Made by a program: the position numbers and the translations under genes. From contig CM120644.1 in assembly GCA_051362555.1 (NCBI GenBank), forward strand, positions 25,132,534-25,196,533: a DNA stretch of 64,000 nucleotides, in the 5' to 3' direction. Within the stretch, counting starts at the first letter, position 1, and every line of letters starts with the position of its first letter. The notes beneath the pieces were generated by a model. It searched no databases and was not told the DNA's origin. It was given only the letters and a program-made list of their open reading frames with translations. This document shows, piece by piece, positions 23,846-36,500 of the stretch. The stretch comes from Lingula anatina (Eukaryota; Animalia; Brachiopoda).

Positions 23846-26800
23846 CTAATTTTGCTTCCTGTCCACGCCACGTCCAGTAGCCAGTTGTTGCAGTATCTTT
23901 GGGTCAATAGTGGATGGAATGGTGACCCCTGCCCCTGTGTGGAGACCAAGAATCACCAGTAATCTCGTCCACATAAAGTCTGCCATCTCCATCTCATTGG
24001 ATGTCTCCTTGGTGGTCTTCTGAACACATCTGAATGATTCGTTTATAATGGCAATGAAAATATTGATCAGCGACACCTGGACTATCATGGCAAAGGTGAT
24101 CAGAAACATGATACCAATGACACGGTTTGAGTCTCCCAGAATTGCAAACTCAAATCCTCCCATGATCAGAGTGAACAAAGTCTGTAAGGAGTCCAATAAG
24201 GACTTGAAGTGTTCAATGTAGTGACCAAAAGCACATTGCCCAAAGAAGGAATAGGCCATCATGAGGAGAGCTAGAACTAGATAAAAATGTAGTGTAGGCT
24301 TCCAAGATTTCTTCAAAGTGGCAGACAACATGTTCATGCTGACATTAAACCGTAGCAGTTTGAAAACCTTGAGCACTGTCAGCACCAGCATAGCAGCCAA
24401 GGTGTAGCCCAGGATGTAGTCCCAGAATGCTGCTGGAAAAAAGTTCACAAATTCTTCTCTGCCATGTTCATGGAAACTGGCAATGGTGAAGTTTACTGTG
24501 ACTAAACGTTGAAAAAAAAGACCAATAGCTGAGTATCCCAGGCAGACAATTGCCACCTCTACATAACTCCAGGGATCTGAGAAGTATTCCTTAGAACCAG
24601 TGTTTCTGAATTTATTGAACTCTCTGTATGTGGAGGTCAGAATAAACAGGATAAACATAACTTCACAAACTGCGACAAAGATTTCCAAACCATTCCTGAA
24701 ATAACAATAAAGGAATATGTATTATCAGTGTAGGATGCCGGTGAGTCAGAAACAACAGAGCTGCCGTCTCGGTTCCAAAATCAGAAAGGTTGCTTTATTT
24801 AATTTGAATCAGATATTTATTACAGATTACTAGCCAAAATAACTTTTTTCATGTTTATCTCTTTTACTTTCCATTGAGAAACTCTGGAAGATAACACAGC
24901 TAATGATGGCCAACATATCTTTTACTTTTGACTTCATTCAAGTACGTGTGAATAGAATACTTCCACAGTACCTAAGCTTGCACCCAAATAAACCTTATCA
25001 TAGTATTATGAGGACTTAACTACACTATTCCGTATTTAAAACCAAACAGTTTTGTCTTTGCTACATCAAAGCCAAATAATTATATTGGTAAAATTTACAA
25101 GTAAAGACCTGATGGAAAGGGAACACAGCCCCAGTGGTAACTTACCCATATTGGTAAAATTTACAAGTAAAGATCTGATAGAAAGGAAACACGGCTCCAG
25201 TAATAACTTACCCATATTGGTAAAATTTACAAGTAAAGATTTGATAGAAAGGGAACACAACCCCAGAAATAACTTACCCATATTGGTAAAATTTACAGGT
25301 AAAGATCTGATAGAAAGGGAACACAACCCCAGTAATAACTTACCCATATTGGTAAAATTTACAAGTAAAGATCTGATAGAAAGGGAACACAGCCCCAGTG
25401 GGGTGGAACTCCAGCAGGAACTGTCCCACACTGAACAGGTTCACCTGGGGATTGTACAGGGTGAACTCCAGAAACATGGCACGCGTCCTCTGGTCTATCC
25501 ACTTGGACTCCTGCAGGTCCGCGATAATTGCAAGGCTTTTATCTCTGGTGTCACCAAGGAGTTTCACATATCCTCCACCTGAAATATCATACAGTACTAG
25601 AGACAGGCTGTTAGCCCTGTGCTAGAGAAAAAGAGAGAATGTTTATTTATTTATTTATTTATTTACTTGAATAAAAAAAAGGGTTTCCCTCTAGTTCCAT
25701 ATGTAGATATGGTTGATAATTTAATTATTCCAACTCGTAAAACATTAAATCGGCCTTTTTTTCTTAACAAAACTATTTTGACAGTCAACAAATTCAGCAA
25801 AGTTGCTGAGTTCGGTTTTTTCGACAAGACTACTTGTTTGAAATACAAACCAATATTTATTTCATGTGAACCTGAGTGAGAGTGTGTTATAGTTAATATC
25901 TTCACAAGTTAAGATTATGAAAGCAATGCATGTAAAGAAAGAACATTATCAAATTACATTAACAAAAAATAAATAAATAAATAAATATTGCAAATAAATA
26001 AACCTCTGCTCATTTGTTAAATTCAAGACAGCAGTTTGTCTTAAGCAGTTATATGAAATGGCTGGTAACATTGAGAAATAGTTTACCATTGTAAGTGCCA
26101 TGTTTTCCAGCAAATGGAAGTGACCTCAGCTTGAAAGCAGACTGGTATGTCCACTGGTCAGTGGGGTGGTCAGTTGTGTTGACCAGTGGTGTCCAAGAGG
26201 TGTTATAGTCCCTGCTGTCATCAGTGCCCCATTCATATCTCACTGTACAGGAGTGGATCAGGGACTGGAAGGTGGGAGGCACATCACAGACATCTGAAAT
26301 ATAAGATATATGATACAGTCATATCTCACTGTACAGGAGTGGATCAGGGACTGGAAGGTGGGAGGCACATCACAGACATCTGAAATATAAGATATATGAT
26401 ACAGTCATATCTCACTGTACAGGAGTGGATCAGGGACTGGAAGGTGGGTCGCACATCACAGACATATGAAATATAAGATATATGATACAGTCATATCTCC
26501 CTGTACAGGAGTGGATCAGGGACTGGAAGGTGGGTCGCACATCACAGACATATGAAATATAAGATATATGATACAGTCATATCTCCCTGTACAGGAGTGG
26601 ATCAGGGACTGGAAGGTGGGTCGCACATCACAGACATATGAAATATAAGATATATGATACAGTCATATCTCCCTGTACAGGAGTGGATCAGGGACTGGAA
26701 GGTGGGAGGCACATCACAGACATCTGAAATATAAGATATATGATACAGTCATATCTCACTGTACAGGAGTGGATCAGGGACTGGAAGGTGGGAGGCACAT

Positions 26801-29800
26801 CACAGACATCTGAAATATAAGATATGAACTACTTTAGCACAGAATAAGTGCCTTCTGCAAATGACTGAGAAAGTGCTTAGAGAGAGAGAGAGAGAGAGAG
26901 GCCAACAGTATCCATATCCAGACATTTAAACCCTGTGTAGAGACAGTGATATCCTGATCTTTAACTGGCCCCCATGTCGCCTGTCAGGATGTCACCTGTC
27001 ACCATTGTACCAGGTGTGTGACAGTCTTAATTACCTTTAACTCTCAGCTGTCTGAGTCTGGCTGCCCCCACGTGGAGTGACACCATGTCAGCTGTCAGGA
27101 TGTCACTCTCTGTCACACTGTCACCATTGTACCAGGTAGAAGTGAACAGGGAAGGTACAAATGCCTCCTCTAGGTACTCCCACATGGAGTCAGCATCACT
27201 TATCTGGGGGTGGGGAAAAATAACGTCATTTTTGTGTGTATAGCAGACTGCAGAGTTGTTATTTTATGACTGAATTATTGTTCTTTCAAAAAGTGTTTTA
27301 AAGCTAGACCTGAATGCAACTGGTAAAAATATGAAATTCTTGATGAATGTCCATCAGTACCTTGAATCTAAAGTTTCTGTAAGATTTCCATCAGTACCTT
27401 GAATCTAAAGTTTCTGTAAGATTTCCCTCAGTACCTTGAATCTAAAGGTTTTGCAAGATTTCCCTCAGTACCTTGAATCTAAAGTTTTTGCAAGATTTCC
27501 CTCAGTACCTTGAATCTAAAGTTTCTGCAAGATTTCCCTCAGTACCTTGAATCTAAAGGTTTTGCAAGATTTCCCTCAGTACCTTGAATCTAAAGTTTTT
27601 GCAAGATTTCCCTCAGTACCTTGAATCTAAAGTTTTTGTAAGATTTCCCTCAGTACCTTGAATCTAAAGGTTTTGCAAGATTTCCCTCAGTACCTTGAAT
27701 CTAAAGTTTTTGCAAGATTTCCCTCAGTACCTTGAATCTAAAGTTTCTGCAAGATTTCCTTCAGTACCTTGAATCTATAGATTCATTAAATATCCCTATC
27801 AGTACAATTCACTTTGAATCTGAAGGTTCAAAGAAATCCCCATTGGTTTGTCGTAACTCAAAGTTTTAAGAAATCCAATTCAGTACCTTGAAATGTCCAG
27901 TACCATGTAACTCACCTCTGTAAAGACTGGGCCATCTGCATACTTCACTGTGATAAACATATCTTCTGTAGACTTTGTCACATAGAATGCCATGGGGTCT
28001 CGGTGGCCATACGTCACAAATACCAGGGTCAAGGTGAAGGTCACGTAGAGCACCAGCTCCACCAGTATTTGATGCATCCTCCTCTCTTTCATCCGTATGT
28101 GGCGCATGTGTTCTACCACGGGCTCTGGAAGAGGCTTGTACATGTGCTGAGCACGCTTTCGTTGAAGATTCTTTCGCCACTGAGTCATGTTTTCATCATC
28201 TAGGTATTTCTCATCTTCAGCTGTGGAATAAATCAATAAAGCCGTAAATTAAAATCCTGGGGTGGCTTTGAGCAGAGTGTTAAATTATGGTTGTGTTAGC
28301 TGAGATTATCACGATTGTGTTGGTACAACCAGATGTAAAGATTTGTGGGATAGACTGGAAAAAAGATGAATGGTTGATGATGACTAGCTTCTCTTAGGAG
28401 TTTACATGGCCACATATATAGTCATATATAACATAATATAGTACATTTTGCAAGTTGGATATAATATAAAAGTATGTTTCTGGATATCACACCCACTATG
28501 TACAGGTACAAAACTTTACCGACAGGCACAAAGCCTTACCCTCAGGTGTAATCTTGTGTCCTTCATCTGCTCCCATCCGTTTCTTCAAGATCAGGCTCAC
28601 AATCAGTACAATCAATAGAACCTGCAAAGAAAAATGATCTGACCATTAATAGCTCAGTTACACTGTATCTAAATTAACAAAATCTTTAACTCTGTATCAA
28701 AATTATAATTTGGAAATGTGTGATAACTGTTATTACTGATGAAGGTTTTTTTAAATCAAAATATTGTGTGATGAAGTCAAATCACTGTTTTTTAAAGTAA
28801 AACATTGCAAAATAAACCTTATAATTACAGGGTGAATGTTTAGATACTCTCTCACCTTCTGTCGAAGGACAGGGATTCTTTGTGAAGACAGCCAGGTGCC
28901 AAGATAACAAACAGATTACCTTGCTACAATGCTACACATTGAAAAACACTGTTAAAAAGATTACGCCAGCATCAAAATCCCACCAAGTTCCTTTTTACCT
29001 TTATTGGCTGTGTAATACACACACTTTGGAAGAACCCTGTAAAGAAGGCAACCACCCACTGCAGGCTCTTCGTGTGTCCATATCGTAGTCCATACAACGC
29101 TGTGAAGTAAGAACAGATCAGACAGGTTGACACTGCCACTGTCCAGGCTATGTAGATACACCACCATGGTAGTCTGAAGACAAAGTAAAGCTACAAGTTA
29201 ACACTGTCACCACCCAGGCTATGTAGATATACCACCATGGTAGTCTGAAGACAAAGTAAAGCTACAAGTTAACACTGTCACCACCCAGGCTATGTAGATA
29301 CACCACCATGGTAGTCTGAAGACAAAGTAAAGCTACAAGTTAACACTGTCACCACCCAGGCTATATAGATACACGCACCATACTGGGATGAAGGGAAAGT
29401 TATAAAAATACCCTGAAATAACCCTTTTAATTAATAGTTATAGGGATTGATGTTGCCAACGACAAGAGACAGTAATCAGAATACATTCAGACAGTTACAA
29501 AGTTCCTGTATATATCTAAAGATACTACAGCTAAAGCTTCTTACATGTACTTCTAACTTTACAACACTATAAACACTTCATGAAAGATAACGAAAAAGTT
29601 GCAACACTTACCTGAGAGGTGCCTTTGTTTCTTTCTCCACCGATTGCACAGAGACAGCCTGTGATTGACACTTGATTGACAGAAAAAAATGTTTCCTAGT
29701 TTATTACAGAAATAATTTATAAGTCACTGAGAGTCACTGCTGAAGAATATTATAGTATTAATATACTAGCTAGTAGGACTGTTTGAATAATTCTCATTAT

Positions 29801-32800
29801 ATCTTGGAATTAGAATATACTTAAAGTTTTGTAATTATTCACATGAAAACATGTATATGGGATTGTTAGTGTTACTTAGTACTTTACATACCAGATGTAT
29901 TAGTGGGATGTCTTCATACGACTGAAAGTCATGGTCTGACCATCCAAGGTGAATATGTGACTCACTGCATACATCTGCATCTTGAGTGTTTTCCACACTG
30001 GTTGCTGTCTGTTCTGGGTTCACAGGTTGGTCATCAGCCACTTGACCAAACACCTGACCAATTCCTGGCCCTTCCTTGCTGCCAGATTGTGAATTGGTCT
30101 CATTTTTATGTTCACTACTAAGTGTGACTTCAACATTTCTATCTGTCACGGAGCACATCTGGTCCTTTCCTGATGCCACACAATCAAATGGTCTTTTCTG
30201 TTGATCATCATCCCCCTTAAGATTCCCTGAGACTTCCTGAAGACTGACATCTCTCCTACTTCTACTCTGAGACTTTGAGAACTGAGTAGCATCTCCCAGC
30301 TCCAGTGACAGAGGTCTGGGTGACATAGTGGGTGTGAAATCCTCACTTGAAATTCCCACAGGTCTTGGTGACATAGTGGGTGTGAGATCCTCACTTGAAA
30401 TTCTCACAGGTCTGGGTGACACAGTGGGTGTGAAATCCTCACTTGAAATTCTCACAGGTCTGGGTGACATAGTGGGTGTGATATCCTCACTTGAAATTCT
30501 CACAGGTCTGGGTGACATAGTGGGTGTGACATCCTCACTTGAAATTCTCACAGGTCTGGGTGACATAGTGGGTGTGACATCCTCACTTGAAATTCTCACA
30601 GGTCTGGGTGACATAGAGAATGTAAGATCCTCACTTGAAATTCTTACAGGTCTGGGTGACATAGTGGGTGTGAGATCCTCCTTTGAAATTCTCACAGGTC
30701 TTGGTGACACAGTGGGTGTGAGATCCTCACTTGAAATTCTCACAGGTCTTGGTGACACAGTGGGTGTGAAATCCTCCCTTGAAATTCTCACAGGTCTTGG
30801 TGATATAGTAAGTGTCAGATCCTCACTTGAAATTCTCACAGGTCTGGGTGACATAGTGGGTGTGAGATCCTCACTTGAAATTCTCAAAGGTCTGTGTGTC
30901 ATAGTGGGTGTGAGATCCTCACTTGAAATTCTCAGAGGTCTGGGTGACACAGTGGGTGTGAGATCCTCCCTTGAAATTCTCAGAGGTCTGGGTGACACAG
31001 TGGGTGTGAGATCCTCCCTTGAAATTTTCACAGGTCTTGGTGACATAGTGGGTGTGAGATCCTCCCTTGAAATTCTCACAGGTCTGTGTGACACAGTGGG
31101 TGTGAGATCCTCATTTGAAATCCTCACAGGTCTGGGTGACATAGTGGGTGTGAGATCCTCACTTGAAATCCTTAGAGGTCTGGGTGACACAGTGGGTGTG
31201 AAATCCTCACTTGAAATTCTCACTGGTCTGGGTGACACAGTGGGTGTGAGATCCTTCCTTGAAATTCTCACAGGTCTTGGTGATATAGTAAGTGTCAGAT
31301 CCTCACTTGAAATTCTCACAGGTCTGGGTGACATAGTGGGTGTGAGATCCTCACTTGAAATTCTCAAAGGTCTGGGTGACACAGTGGGTGTGAGATCCTC
31401 ATTTGAAATCCTCACAGGTCTGGGTGACACAGTGGGTGTGAGATCCTCACTTGAAATTCTCACAGGTCTGGGTGACACAGTGGGTGTGAGATCCTCCCTT
31501 GAAATTCTCACAGGTCTGGGTGACATAGTGGGTGTGACATCCTCACTTGAAATTCTCACAGGTCTGGCTGACACAGTGGGTGTGAGATCCTCCCTTGAAA
31601 TTCTCACAGGTCTGGGTGACACAGTGGGTGTGAGCTCCTCACTTGAAATTCTCACAGGTCTGGGTGACATAGTGGGTGTGACATCCTCACTTGAAATTCT
31701 CACAGGTCTGGCTGACACAGTGGGTGTGAGATCCTCACTTGAAATCATCACAGGTCTGGGTGACACAGTGGGTGTGAGATCCTCCCTTGAAATTCTCACA
31801 GGTCTGGGTGACATAGTGGGTGTGAGATCCTCCCTTGAAATTCTCACAGGTCTGGGTGACACAGTGGGTGTGAGATCCTCACTTGAAATCATCACAGGTC
31901 TGGGTGACACAGTGGGTGTGAGATCCTCCCTTGAAATTCTCACAGGTCTGGGTGACATAGTGGGTGTGAGATCCTCCCTTGAAATTCTCACAGGTCTGGG
32001 TGACACAGTGGGTGTGAGATCCTCCCTTGAAATTCTCACAGGTCTGGGTGACAAGGTGGGTGCGAGATCCTCACTTGAAATTCTCACAGGTCTGGGTGAC
32101 ACAGTGGGTGTGAGCTCCTCACTTGAAATTCTCACAGGTCTGGGTGACATAGTGGGTGTGAGATTCTCACTTGAAATTCTCACAGGTCTGGGTGACACAG
32201 TGGGTGTGAGATCCTCCTTTGAAATTCTCACAGGTCTGGGTGACATAGTAAGTGTGACATCCTCACTTGAAATTCTCACAGGTCTGGCTGACACAGTGGG
32301 TGTGAGATCCTCCCTTGAAATTCTCACAGGTCTGGGTGACACAGTGGGTGTGAGATCCTCACTTGAAATCCTCACAGGTCTGGGTGACACAGTGGGTGTG
32401 AGATCCTCACTTGAAATTCTCATAGGTCTTGGAGCACACATTCTGAATAGCAGCACTATCAGCAGGTTCACTGGGAACATCAGCAGCCCACTCTCAATAC
32501 CAATTATTATGTCAGACAGAGAAAATTGGAATTCTGCCACCTGGAATGTGATTTATCTGACATGTTAATTATTACATTTATGTGATTGGATAAGAATCAA
32601 ATTCCTAAAAACATATGATGAAAGCTTTACAAATATAATTACACCTGATGCAATAACACAACTGTAAAGATACTGTAAACATAAAAATGTCACAGCCATA
32701 AAGATACAGCTGTAACCATAAACTAGTTTGCAACTGGCTCTTCAGCCAGTGGCGAAGGATTCCCCTGTAAATGACCTTTGAACTTGAAGGCAATGGGCAC

Positions 32801-33458
32801 TTACAAGGTCATGTGAAGGTCATGGCTTAAATTTGACCCCATATTCTGAAAGAGCATGTGCAAATTGAGGGGGGGGGGTCAACAAAACATTAATTTTTTT
32901 GCCCACGTCAATACCTCTCCATGAAATAGCCAAATGACCTTGAAAATGAGGGTCAAGGTCAAATTTGACATACAATTTGGGGGTTTTGGGTTTATGTTTG
33001 GGGTAGTTTACTATAGCATGCTATGACCAAAAACCAGTATTTCATGGAGAAATTGCCAAAGTCACAATTTCTGCAATGTCATAAATAGTTAAAAATCTAT
33101 ATTTAAAAAAGTTATTAAGCAGTCGCTACGAAAGTTTGGCTAACCTTAGATAAATATATAGGGCATCATTTGCCACTGAGATCAGGGCTCTGGGTGTTCC
33201 TGTTTTGAGCCAGTTTGGCCATTAGTGACCTTGACTTACTTGCATAAAAGTAGGTCACTATCTGGGGATTTAGCTCAGTATCATTGGCCATAAGGCCCTT
33301 ATGGCTTATACTTTAGGCCTAATGGCAATTTCAAATTTTACAAATTTTGCCTTTAAAAGCCCCTGTGACCTTGAAAAGTAGGTCAAGGTCACTGAAACTG
33401 GGTCTGTGGCATATTCTTTCCATAGGCTACCTATGCTAATTATTTCAGATTTTTTGCG

Positions 33459-33500
<42 letters not shown>

Positions 33501-36500
33501 AGAAAGAATAATACTACTACCAAAAACAATAGCATTCCCCTATGGGGAATCCTAAATATGTCACAGCCATAAAGATACTGCTGCAACCATAAAATATGTC
33601 ACAACCATAAATACCACAACAAACATGTTCAAAATATTTCAAATACAGCAAATACAATGAAGCAATAAATGAAGCAATACAACATTATAATTGTATCAAA
33701 CATAAAAACACAACCAATCATTTTCAAGCCACCTGCAACAATATTACTTATTAACTCTTGTTACTTATTATTCTTATGTAAAACAAAAAATAAATACATT
33801 GGTGAAAACAAAAATTAAGCAGACCTGGTATTGGTCTTCAGGGTCATCAGTTGGGATGCCATAAAACATGATATTGGTCAGCATGGTGGTCAGTAGAAGG
33901 GTCAGAGCACAGGTCAGTCTCTGGGTTCTTGTGAAGGGACAATTTGGTGGACAAGAGAACACACTGACCCACAGATGTTTTTCCCTCATGCTGAAGCCAC
34001 TGTTACTGGAGAACAGGTATGAGAAATCCTTCATCTCCTCCACTGAGGCAGGGCGCAGTGTGCGCTGGATGCAGAAGTCGTCCAGGTCCAGAGCAAGCCA
34101 GCGGTTACACAGGAAGTCACACACCTCATTTTTCTGCAGGTCCCTCACTGTCAACTTCTCCAGAAACCAGGCAGGAGCAGCTCCAGAGTTGTCGTGCCAG
34201 ATGGTGACAGAGACGAGGTCACCCAGGCACTGGGCACAGGTCAGTAGGAAACTGTCCACGCCACCACTCTCAAATACTGGACGTCTGGGATCACTTAGGA
34301 CATGACAGTCACTTTCACCATCTTCACCTTTAAAATGGAAAATAAAAATTGCAAACAAGAAATAACAATAAAAGTTTAAATGGGAATGGAATTTTTTTAA
34401 GTTCAGGATTAAAATTCACATTTTATAAACAAAAACCCTTCAGCTGTGGTCTCTGTCAGTGACCGGGTAGACATAGTTACCTGTGATAAAACAACCCACG
34501 TTAGCTGTGGTTCCTGCCCCTGTCCTCCAGCCAGTGATGACAGTAATTAGGTAGCCATATTTGTGCTCTGGATCATTGTCTTCTAACACTGTCACTCCAA
34601 CCTGGAGACATGGAAACAACTGTTGCTAGCAATTTCATTCACAACAGTGGAGTAAAAAAAGCTTGTAATTGATTTGAGCTAAAAGTATTTCTTGTAGTGC
34701 TTTGTCATATTTTTAACTCATTTCGTAAATAAATGCTACAGGAATGCCAAATTCAATTGCAGTATTACCAAAAAAAGTATATAGAATTGCCTGTAAATCT
34801 ACTTGGCAAAGCCTGGAGTGCTTAAAGGGATAATAACTCTTCGTTTTGGCCAAAAAATGAATTTTCCTGGAGTAAACAACAATTTTCCCATACTTACCAA
34901 TGGTTAATGAATCCATTTTTACATTCAAAGTTAGTCCCTGGGTTTTTTCTAAAAAGTTTGGTTTTTTGTTAAAATCTCTTAAGGTCACGTGATCTAAAGA
35001 CAAACTCAGATAGCAGAATAATAGCTATAACTGCCATTTTTGTGGTAAAACAGAATATATTATATTTCTATGAGTTATTCACAATGTTTTTATTGTGAAA
35101 TATAGATCTCCTTCGAAGAGTTATTATCCCTCTAACCCCCTTTTTTTTTACCACATATTTCACGATTCAAACAATTTAAAAACAGTTTATTTTGAAATTC
35201 ACTTAGTGATGGTTAACTCCAATTTCAATCCCAAGAAATCTTGAACATCAGAAACAAAGTTCTCTCACCTTAAGAAGGTCTTCCCTGTCCTTCTTGTGTG
35301 CCCAGATAACAACTGCCAGGTAGATGCCCCATACACACAGCACAATGCTCACCACCAATGGGTTCTCCAGTAAAGTCAAGAACAGAGCAGAGTCTGCCAC
35401 AATATCAATGGCATTAGGCAGAATAAAGAAACTGCCAGAAAACACAGTCATGTGATGACAGATACAGTGTAAAGTAACAGCTGTGCTGAGAGGAGAAACC
35501 TGGAAACAGAAAGTGGGAAATGTGCTAGGTGAGAAATAGTTGGATTGTGTTTGGAGAAAACACCTGCTGTTAGAGAGACTTGGATACAGAAATTTGGAAA
35601 TGTGTTAGGTGAGAAATAGTTGGATTGTGTTTGGAGTAGACATCTGCTACTGAAAGAGACCTGGATAATGAAAGAAATTGGCAAGGTGAGAAACAGTTTG
35701 ATTGTTTTTTGATCAAAAACTTTTACAAAATATGCAAGAAAATGTGTTATACAAAATGTTGAAATGCTGATAAGTGTTTTCCCATTAAGGGATTTATTTA
35801 TTTGTTTATCAATTCATTATTATATTTAAAAATAAAGAAGCTAACAAAATGATAGCTACCTTACATCCTTCACTACTCCAGATTTCTTTCTGCTCATCCC
35901 AGAAGAGACAGGCACTGGAATGGACTGTGACCAGAAGTTGGACACTCTCATTAACATCAAGGTGCCCTGTGGTATTGTAACATAGTAATAATTGTTAATT
36001 AACATCCCAGAACAGACAGACACTGGAGTGGACTGTGACAAGAAGTTGGACACTCTCATTAACATCAAGGTGCCCTATGTATTGTAACAGTAATAATTGT
36101 TAGTTAATATCGCAGAACAGACTGTGACCAGAAGTTGGAGACTCTCTGGTGAGGGTACACTCCAGACCAAGTGTACAATTAACTTAAAAAACTTAAATCA
36201 CTGTATTATAACTGAATATAGAAAACAAAGAATTGGCCACATTCATTGACAGAAATCTAATTAAAAAATTCATTGTAATGTCCATACTCACTGTTCCCAG
36301 AATCACTGGTATTAAATAAAGTGATCCCCATGTAATAAACAGTGTCTGCCTCAGTGGTTTCATTTTCTGGGACAAACAAAACATAGCCACTGGCACTTTG
36401 ATTGCCATGACGATAACGCATCTCTTCGGGAACAGGGATAACTGTAGTGCTGTTTAAGATCTGGGAAATTAATCAATTAGAAACAATTAAAGTGTCTGTA

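Noticed and set aside
25052-25582. 176-aa plus-strand ORF and 121-aa alternative minus-frame ORF
   Set aside because: Produced by the 66-bp repeat overlapping polycystin exon 33.
28856-28950. Possible extra polycystin exon ending at AAG|GTGAGA (28856)
   Set aside because: Exons 28 and 29 already join in frame as TQPIK-VLLIV, matching the family pattern; no convincing open exon.
30328-32568. 746-aa plus-strand ORF (VGVRSSLEILTGLGDT repeats)
   Set aside because: Antisense shadow of the 48-bp coding repeat; the minus frame joins the polycystin exons with correct splice phases.
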